This document shows positions 54,014 to 59,885 of a stretch of 59,885 nt of DNA, piece after piece. The notes under the pieces are model-generated. The model was given only the letters and a program-made list of their open reading frames with translations. It was not told the DNA's origin and did no database searches. Positions within the stretch are counted from its first letter, which is position 1. Every line of letters begins with the position of its first letter. Origin of the DNA: Alphaproteobacteria bacterium (GTDB lineage: Bacteria; Pseudomonadota; Alphaproteobacteria; SHVZ01); assembly GCA_016869375.1 (NCBI GenBank), contig VGEH01000005.1, positions 1 through 59,885 of the forward strand, read 5' to 3'. A program made the position numbers and the translations under genes.

Positions 54014-56005
54014 TCAGTTCTTCACCCTGAAGCGCTCGAACCAGCCGAGCATGATGGAAACTTCCGCCGCGAACAGAGAAGGCCGCATGACCCACGACGA
54101 ATGGCTCGTATTGGGGAAGCGGACGAGCGAGGTCTCGACCCCGGCGAGCTTGAAGGCCGAGTACATCTGATAGGCCTCGGTCGGCGGCGTGCGCGAATCA
54201 GCCTCGCCCGCCATCAGCATGGTCGGCGTCTTCGCCATATGCGCGAAGGCGAGCGGCGAGCGCGCGCGATACTTGCCGGGATTCTCCCAGGGCATCTCGT
54301 TGCCCATCCAGACCAGGCCGTTGGTGATGCCCATATCGGCGGTCAGCAGCCAGCTCTCCCACGCCACCACCGGCTTGATCGAGCAGGCGGCGCGGAAGCG
54401 ATGCGTGTGCGTGACGCACCACAGGGTGAGCACGCCGCCGCCGCTGACGCCGGTGACGAAGAGGTTCTTCTCGTCGATGTCCGGCCTGGCCGAGGCGACA
54501 TCGACCGCCGCCATCATGTCGTCGTAGTCGGGACCGGGGAAACGGTCGTGCAGCGCGTTGGCGAAGGCCTCGCCATAGCCGGTCGAGCCGCAGGGGTTGG
54601 TGAACAGCACCGCGTATCCCGCCGCAGCAAGCAGCTGGTACTTGATCGAGAAGCGGTTGCCATACTGCGCGTAGGGGCCGCCATGGATCTCGAGGATCAT
54701 CGGGTGCGGGCCTTTGCCTTTCGGCTTCATCAGCCAGCACTGCACCTTGCGGCCCTCGCCGCCCTCGACCCAGAACATCTCGGCGCCGTGGAAGCCGTTG
54801 ATGTCGCGCGCGAGGTCGGCGTTGATCTGGCTGATCGTACGCGCCGGACCCGAAGGCGGGATCACCGCGATCTCGGCCGGTACGTCGACGGCGGAGCGCA
54901 CATAGGCGACGGTGCCGTCGCCCGAGGCGGAGAAGCCGCCGCTGGCATAAGGCATCTCGATCGAGGCGCCCAAATCTTCCGCGATCGGCGTGACCTTGCC
55001 GTCGAGCGTGACGCGCGCGATCTCGCGCCGACCCTCGGCTTCATAGGTGACGAGCAGGTCCTTGCCGTCGGCGCTCCAGGCGACGTCCTCGATCGAGCGG
55101 TCGAAGCCGGACAGGATCTCCTTCGCCGCGCCGCCCGCCATCGGCATCACCCAGAGACGGCGGCGCTTGAAGGAGAAGCTGCTGTCGTCGGCGACGGTGT
55201 AGGCGAGCGACTTGCCGTCCGGCGACACCGCGGGATGGCTGATGCGGCCCGACTGCCTTGTCACCTGCCGCGTGCCGCTGCCGTCGGCGCGGGCGGCATG
55301 GATGTCGGTGTCGGAGGGCTTCCTGTCCCAGTCGGCGCGGTTGGAGCCGGTGAACAGCACCTCGCTCGAATCCGCCGACCAGACAAGGCCGGGCGGATTC
55401 AGATGCGGCATGCCGTTCCACCAGATGCCGGTGGTCACCTGCTTCGCCGGCGCCGAGCCGTCGGCCGCGACGACCAGGATCTGATAGTAGCCCTCCGGCC
55501 ATTCGCCATAGGAGTCGTGGCGCCAGAAGGTTCGCTCGGTGACCTTCACCGGCGGCGACCAGGTGGCGCCTGCGGGCGCGGCGGCGAGGCCGAGCCAGGA
55601 CGGCAGCGGCTCGTCGATGCGCATCTGGAAGGCGACGCGCGTGCCGTCCGGGGACCAGACGAGCTCGCGCATCGGCGCGGTGCTCTCATGCACGATCTTG
55701 GTCGCGCCGCCGACCGCATCCCGGATGACCACGGCGGTCTTGCCGCCGGACTTGCGCAGCATGGCGACGCGGCGGCTGTCGGGGGCCCAGCGCGCGACGA
55801 GGCAGCCTTTCGACTCCGGCATCTCCGACCAGATCGTGCGGTCGGCCGAGACCATCAGCGTGTTGACCTTCTCGTCGATCGAGATGTCGCGGACCGTGTG
55901 CACGTACATGATCTGTCGACCGTCCGGCGAGATCTGCGCATCGGCCGCACTCTTGAAGGCGAAGACGTCGAGGGAGGTCAGCCGGCGCTGCGTCGCATCG
56001 TTCAT
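54014..56005 (-). CDS. S9-family serine peptidase (beta-propeller plus alpha/beta-hydrolase)
   Basis: N-terminal propeller repeats (SPDG... motifs) and a catalytic GVSGGG nucleophile elbow in the C-terminal hydrolase domain. Confidence 0.85.
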   Translation of the reverse strand: MNDATQRRLTSLDVFAFKSAADAQISPDGRQIMYVHTVRDISIDEKVNTLMVSADRTIWSEMPESKGCLVARWAPDSRRVAMLRKSGGKTAVVIRDAVGGATKIVHESTAPMRELVWSPDGTRVAFQMRIDEPLPSWLGLAAAPAGATWSPPVKVTERTFWRHDSYGEWPEGYYQILVVAADGSAPAKQVTTGIWWNGMPHLNPPGLVWSADSSEVLFTGSNRADWDRKPSDTDIHAARADGSGTRQVTRQSGRISHPAVSPDGKSLAYTVADDSSFSFKRRRLWVMPMAGGAAKEILSGFDRSIEDVAWSADGKDLLVTYEAEGRREIARVTLDGKVTPIAEDLGASIEMPYASGGFSASGDGTVAYVRSAVDVPAEIAVIPPSGPARTISQINADLARDINGFHGAEMFWVEGGEGRKVQCWLMKPKGKGPHPMILEIHGGPYAQYGNRFSIKYQLLAAAGYAVLFTNPCGSTGYGEAFANALHDRFPGPDYDDMMAAVDVASARPDIDEKNLFVTGVSGGGVLTLWCVTHTHRFRAACSIKPVVAWESWLLTADMGITNGLVWMGNEMPWENPGKYRARSPLAFAHMAKTPTMLMAGEADSRTPPTEAYQMYSAFKLAGVETSLVRFPNTSHSSWVMRPSLFAAEVSIMLGWFERFRVKN

Positions 56006-56017
56006 GGAGGTCTCGTT

Positions 56018-56842
56018 TCAGATCGAGGGTGAAGGCCATACGCGCGGGAACAGAGCGCAATCCATCGGATCGCCATGCTTGAGGCCGGGATCGGAAGTCG
56101 GGATCGCAACCTCGCCGGAATGGACGCAGTAGCGCGCATCGTCGCCGGTCCAGCGCGTCGCCAGCGCCCGGCGCCGATGCGTCATCGAGGCATTGCCGGG
56201 CGCGCCATGCACGATCATCGCCTGGAAGACGAGGCAGTCGCCGGGCTCCATCTCATAGGCGACGATGTCGTAGGCCGAGCGGTCCGCATCGATGTCCGGC
56301 ATCGCCTCCAGCGCGCGCTCGCGATAGGGGCTGCCGTCGTTGAAATGGTAGGGCAGAAAGGTGCGGTTCCAGTCATGCGAGCCGCGGACATACTCGACGG
56401 CCGTCGGCTGCGGTACCGGATCGAAAGAAAGCCAGATCGAGCAGACCTGGCGGCCGGAGACCGCCCAGTAGGGCTGGTCCTGGTGCCAGGGCGTGCGCTC
56501 GCCCGTGCCCGGCTCCTTCACCAGGAGCTGGTCGTAGAAGAAGTTCACCTTGGCCGAGCCCATGACGCGCCCGGCGATGGCGGCCGCCGGCGACTCGAAG
56601 ACGAAGCGGCGGAAGCCCGGCAGCCGCTGCCACATGTCGAGATCGCCGAAGAAGCCGCCCGGATTGCCGGGCTTGGTGTATTTCTCGCCATGCGGGCCGG
56701 GCTTGGCCATCGCCTCGGCGACGGCATCGGCCATGAAGTCGATCCAGCCGCGGTCGAACATGCGGCGGAGACAGACGACACCGTCGCGCTCATAGGCGGC
56801 GATGTCGGCCTCGCCGATTTCGTGCAAGGGCTGGCGGTTCAT
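56018..56842 (-). CDS. Phytanoyl-CoA dioxygenase (PhyH) family 2OG/Fe(II) oxygenase
   Basis: TPWHQDQPYW HxD block and the later HGAPGN/R motif. 274 aa. Confidence 0.85.
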   Translation of the reverse strand: MNRQPLHEIGEADIAAYERDGVVCLRRMFDRGWIDFMADAVAEAMAKPGPHGEKYTKPGNPGGFFGDLDMWQRLPGFRRFVFESPAAAIAGRVMGSAKVNFFYDQLLVKEPGTGERTPWHQDQPYWAVSGRQVCSIWLSFDPVPQPTAVEYVRGSHDWNRTFLPYHFNDGSPYRERALEAMPDIDADRSAYDIVAYEMEPGDCLVFQAMIVHGAPGNASMTHRRRALATRWTGDDARYCVHSGEVAIPTSDPGLKHGDPMDCALFPRVWPSPSI

Positions 56843-56936
56843 GGAATGTCGGATTTGAGCGGTCGCAACGGCATGCTTGGGCCTAGCCTAGGAACCGGGT
56901 CGGAAGAGCGCAAGGCGCCGGCGACTTGGGTGGAAG

Positions 56937-58136
56937 ATGCGGTACGACGTAAGCAGGATCAGAGCGCTTCTGGAGCAGAGAAAGCCCGGGCACACGCTGC
57001 CGCAGGCCTTCTACCGCGACCCCGAATTCCACGAATTCGACTTGGATGCGATCTTCGGCCGGCGCTGGCTGTTCGCCGGGCTCGAGATCGACCTGCCGAA
57101 ACCCACCGGCTATGTGACGCTCAAGATCGGCCGCAGCTCGGTGGTGCTGGTGCGCGCCGCCGACGGCCAGATCCGCGGATTCTTCAACACCTGCCGGCAT
57201 CGCGGGGCCGAGATCTGCCAGGAGACGCAAGGACGCGTCGGCCGGCTCGTCTGTCCCTATCATCAATGGACCTACGGGCTCGACGGCCAGCTGCTCGCGG
57301 CCGGCGGCATGCCGGCGGATTTCGACAAGTCGAGCCATGGGCTGAAGCCGATCCATCTGGAGGTGGTCGCCGGAACGATCTTCATCTGCCTCGCCGACAG
57401 CCCGCCCGATTTCGCGCCGATCAAGGAGGGATTCGAGCCTCTGCTCGCGCCGCATCAGCTCGCCGAGGCGAAGATCGCCCATGAGGCGACGATCGTGGAG
57501 AAGGGCAACTGGAAGCTCGTGATGGAGAATGCCCGCGAGTGCTACCACTGCCATGCGCGCCATCCCGAGCTGATGAAGTGCTTTCCCGACATTCCGAAGA
57601 AGAAGCATCGCACCGACGAGCCGGCGACGACGGCCTTCATCGAGGCGTGCGAGGCCAAGGGCCTGCCGACCGGCCCCTTCATTCATGAAGGCTTCGAAGC
57701 GAACCGCTTCGCCCTAAGGGGCGGCGCGCGCTCCTTCACGCTCGACGGCCAGCCGGCGGTGAAGAAGCTGCTGGGCAATGTCGGCGACGGCAACATCGGC
57801 TCGCTGCGCTTCGCCCTCGATCCCAACAGTTTCGCGCATGCGGTCGGCGACTACGCCTTCCTCTTCTGGTGCTGGCCGAAGGGACCGGAAGAGACGCTGG
57901 TTCATATGAAGTGGGTCGTGAACAAGGACGCGGTCGAAGGCGCCGACTACGACCTCGCCCGCCTGACCCAGCTCTGGCAAACAACGAATGACCAGGATCT
58001 CTGGCTCGTCGAGAACAACCAGCGCGGCGTCAACTCCGAGGGCTACCAGTCCGGCCCCTACTCGCCCGAGAACGAGCGCACTCTTATTCAGTTCACCGAC
58101 TGGTACGTGACCCAGGCCCGCCGCGCCTTGTCGTGA
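56937..58136 (+). CDS. Rieske [2Fe-2S] non-heme-iron oxygenase alpha subunit (GbcA/Stc2/CntA-like N-demethylase family)
   Basis: Rieske CRHRG...CPYHQWTY. Mononuclear iron block NARECYHCHARHPEL. Divergent from the PhyH gene. Confidence 0.88.
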   Translation: MRYDVSRIRALLEQRKPGHTLPQAFYRDPEFHEFDLDAIFGRRWLFAGLEIDLPKPTGYVTLKIGRSSVVLVRAADGQIRGFFNTCRHRGAEICQETQGRVGRLVCPYHQWTYGLDGQLLAAGGMPADFDKSSHGLKPIHLEVVAGTIFICLADSPPDFAPIKEGFEPLLAPHQLAEAKIAHEATIVEKGNWKLVMENARECYHCHARHPELMKCFPDIPKKKHRTDEPATTAFIEACEAKGLPTGPFIHEGFEANRFALRGGARSFTLDGQPAVKKLLGNVGDGNIGSLRFALDPNSFAHAVGDYAFLFWCWPKGPEETLVHMKWVVNKDAVEGADYDLARLTQLWQTTNDQDLWLVENNQRGVNSEGYQSGPYSPENERTLIQFTDWYVTQARRALS

Positions 58137-58256
58137 AGGCCCGGGGACCGCCGCCTCACCCACCTCGACCCAGTAACGCGGATCCTGTCAAAAACCGGGG
58201 TCGGCGTCAAGGACTATTTTCCGCGTCTAGTAGATTTTTATCCTGCCATTGCTAGT

Positions 58257-58282
58257 TTACGTAAAATACGTATTTTACGTAA
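58257..58282. promoter_or_regulatory. Perfect 26-bp palindrome, putative operator of the downstream TA operon
   Basis: TTACGTAAAATACGTATTTTACGTAA equals its own reverse complement. It ends 4 nt before AGGAGG and 15 nt before the antitoxin ATG. Confidence 0.6.
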
Positions 58283-58296
58283 TACAGGAGGGTCAT

Positions 58297-58551
58297 ATGG
58301 CCGAGCCACGCGATGTCCCCGCCACGGAGTTCTCGCGAAATTTCGCGCGCTACCGGGAGGAAGCCATCGCGGAGAAGATCATCCGCGTGACCAGCCATGG
58401 GCGCGTGATCGGGGCGTATCTGTCGGCGAGCGAAGCAGCGCATTACGAAAAGCTCAAGCGTAAGGAGACGCAGTCCCTTGTGGTCGGCGAGCTCCCCGAA
58501 GACGTGGTCGCAGCCATCGGATCGGCGGAGTACGGCGCTGAGCCGAGATGA
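58297..58551 (+). CDS. Phd/YefM-like antitoxin
   Basis: ATG at 58297 with AGGAGG 6 nt upstream. ATEFSRNFARYREEA...IRVTSHGRVIGAYLSASE matches the Phd-type N-terminal fold. ATGA-coupled to the next ORF. Confidence 0.7.
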   Translation: MAEPRDVPATEFSRNFARYREEAIAEKIIRVTSHGRVIGAYLSASEAAHYEKLKRKETQSLVVGELPEDVVAAIGSAEYGAEPR

Positions 58552-58988
58552 GCCTTCCCGTCCCGCGGCCGGGCCTGGTGATCCGCTACGGTTTTCTATG
58601 GAGCAACGAAGAGGCGAAAGGCGCAACGGAAGGGTCCAAGGATCGCCCCTGCGCGATCGTCGTCGCAACGCGTCGCGATGCGAACGGCGAGATCGACACC
58701 ATCGTCGCACCGATCACGCATCAGCCTCCTGACGATCCGGAGGCGTCCATCGAAATGCCAGCGGCGACATGCCGAGATCTCGGCTTGGACAGCGGCCGGC
58801 ACTGGCTCCGTCTCGACGAATTGAACCGCTTCGCCTGGCCGGGATACGACCTGCGACCCATTCCGGGCGAACCAGGCCGATACGCCTACGGCATGTTGCC
58901 GCGCGGCCTTTTCCAGCAATTGCGCGATGGGATCCTCGCCCGACAGAAAGCTCGTGCCGGACGGATCATTTCTCGCGACGGCGAATAG
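58548..58988 (+). CDS. Putative toxin, MazF/PemK-like fold (divergent)
   Basis: PRPGLVIRYGFLW...GSKDRPCAIVVA...VAPITHQ...GLDSGRHWLRLDELN follows the MazF/PemK pattern (PxxGxV...KxRPxxVV...PxT...GL...S). Position is that of a TA toxin. Confidence 0.45.
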   Translation: MSLPVPRPGLVIRYGFLWSNEEAKGATEGSKDRPCAIVVATRRDANGEIDTIVAPITHQPPDDPEASIEMPAATCRDLGLDSGRHWLRLDELNRFAWPGYDLRPIPGEPGRYAYGMLPRGLFQQLRDGILARQKARAGRIISRDGE

Positions 58989-58995
58989 ACTTCAC

Positions 58996-59711
58996 ATGCT
59001 ACGCGCCGAGAAGCATCGTGGCGCTTTGGAAGCCACATCATCGGTCGTGGCGGAGCTGCGCTTGGAGTACGGCCGCGCCGTCGTGCTGAAGGACCGCATC
59101 AACACGCTCGTGCATTTCGATCCGCTGCCGCTGGTGGCACGGGTCAGCCCCCGGCCTCTCGCCGACTGGCTCAAAACCAAGCTCGAGCGCGAGTCGCCGC
59201 CGGCCGCCATCTCAGGGCGAAGGGTGCACCGGCGATCGCGCCCCTCACCGCGCCGCCGCCGGGACCTTACCATCGTGGAGACGTCGGCCTGACGCTCTGG
59301 CCTCTGATCGCTCATCGGCCGGCGGATGACGCGGATGCCGCCGAAGGCGCCCGCACGCTGCGCCAGCTCCACGAGGCGCTGGCGGATTTTCCCGGCACGC
59401 TCCCCTCCTTCACGCAGGAGTTCGTAGACTGCACGCGACGCCTCTCGAAGCCGGATGCCTTTCCCGGGCTCGGCCGGGACGACACAGGCTTCATTCGCGA
59501 GGATCATGCCCGGACCCGCGCTCTCCTCGATGCCCGCTCGTACAAGACGGTGCCGATCCATGGCGACGCGCATCTTAAGAACCTGCTCATCACCGCCGAC
59601 GGGCCGAGATGGTGCGACCTGGAGGCGGCGTGCAGCGGCCCGATCGAATGGGATCTGGTCGCTCTGCCGGAGTCCGCCCGGCCGGCCTATGGAGACTGGT
59701 CCTCCCCCTGA
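58996..59711 (+). pseudogene. Aminoglycoside/choline-kinase-type phosphotransferase (APH fold), frameshifted and 3'-truncated
   Basis: The N-terminal part reads in the frame of 58996 (MLRAEKH...VHFDPLPLVARV). After about 59193 the sense continues in another frame (HLRAKGAPAIAPL...TLWPLI...IHGDAHLKNLLIT...DLE...EWDL, own translation). It ends at the TGA at 59709, which coincides with the putative IS end. Confidence 0.6.
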
Positions 59712-59885
59712 AAAGTGGTCCACCCTGAACTATGTCTTTTGACAAGAAGGAGGACTGCAATGCCGAAGAAGAGGCACAAGCCTGAAGAGATCGTTTCGAA
59801 ACTCCGACAAGCCGATGTCTTGATCTCACAGGGCCAGGATATCGCTGATGTCATCCGCCAGATCGGGGTGAGCGAGGTCACTTAT
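59709..59885 (+). mobile_element. Left end of an IS3-family insertion sequence (continues beyond window)
   Basis: The TGAAAAGTGGTCC... terminus is followed by AAGGAGGA and an OrfA-type transposase start. The exact IR boundary was not verified. Confidence 0.55.
59760..59885 (+). CDS. IS3-family transposase OrfA (N-terminal HTH part, 3' end outside window)
   Basis: Own translation MPKKRHKPEEIVSKLRQADVLISQGQDIADVIRQIGVSEVTY is the canonical IS3-family OrfA N-terminus. Confidence 0.8.
   Translation, partial: MPKKRHKPEEIVSKLRQADVLISQGQDIADVIRQIGVSEVTY

Overview
This is a GC-rich, very gene-dense segment with about 55 credible genes and no rRNA, tRNA or CRISPR. The protein families and the many ATGA/TGATG-coupled operons look alphaproteobacterial (Rhizobiales-like). 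Most long ORFs in the six-frame track are antisense or out-of-frame shadows of the real genes.

Layout:
- 1-7020: a DUF885 protein and a peptide/opine-type ABC importer with a fused permease-ATPase.
- 7244-11943: MFS and DMT transporters, a GMC oxidoreductase with a small subunit, and an Lrp/AsnC regulator.
- 12213-15682: an assimilatory sulfite-reduction operon (CysG-like, DUF2849, CysI-like, DUF934).
- 16181-21257: soxBDAG, heterotetrameric sarcosine oxidase.
- 21451-23540: an islet with a VapC/FitA-like TA pair and a 437-aa pentapeptide-repeat protein.
- 23668-58136: a roughly 34-kb catabolic island for methylated or quaternary amines.
- 58257-59885: an accessory end with a TA pair behind a perfect 26-bp palindrome, a decayed phosphotransferase gene and the start of an IS3-family element.

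The catabolic island contains two non-pyrrolysine MttB-family methyltransferases, a corrinoid protein, DUF1638 and a RamA/RACo-type reductive activator. It also has a homocysteine S-methyltransferase-domain protein, a methyl-H4folate:corrinoid methyltransferase and MTHFR. Alongside these are two dimethylglycine-dehydrogenase-like paralogues, Rieske, 2OG and PhyH oxygenases, a DddP-like M24 protein, a DddL/DddQ-like cupin, GFA, three peptidase-like hydrolases and a second peptide/opine-type ABC importer.

The most interesting signal is an apparently complete corrinoid-dependent methyl-transfer system embedded among O2-dependent demethylases. Its parts could also form a split methionine synthase. 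Five of its proteins carry similar Gly-Glu-Gly-poly-Arg terminal tails, opposite a strongly acidic N-terminus on the corrinoid protein.

All functional calls come from motif and family recognition by eye. No database search was run.
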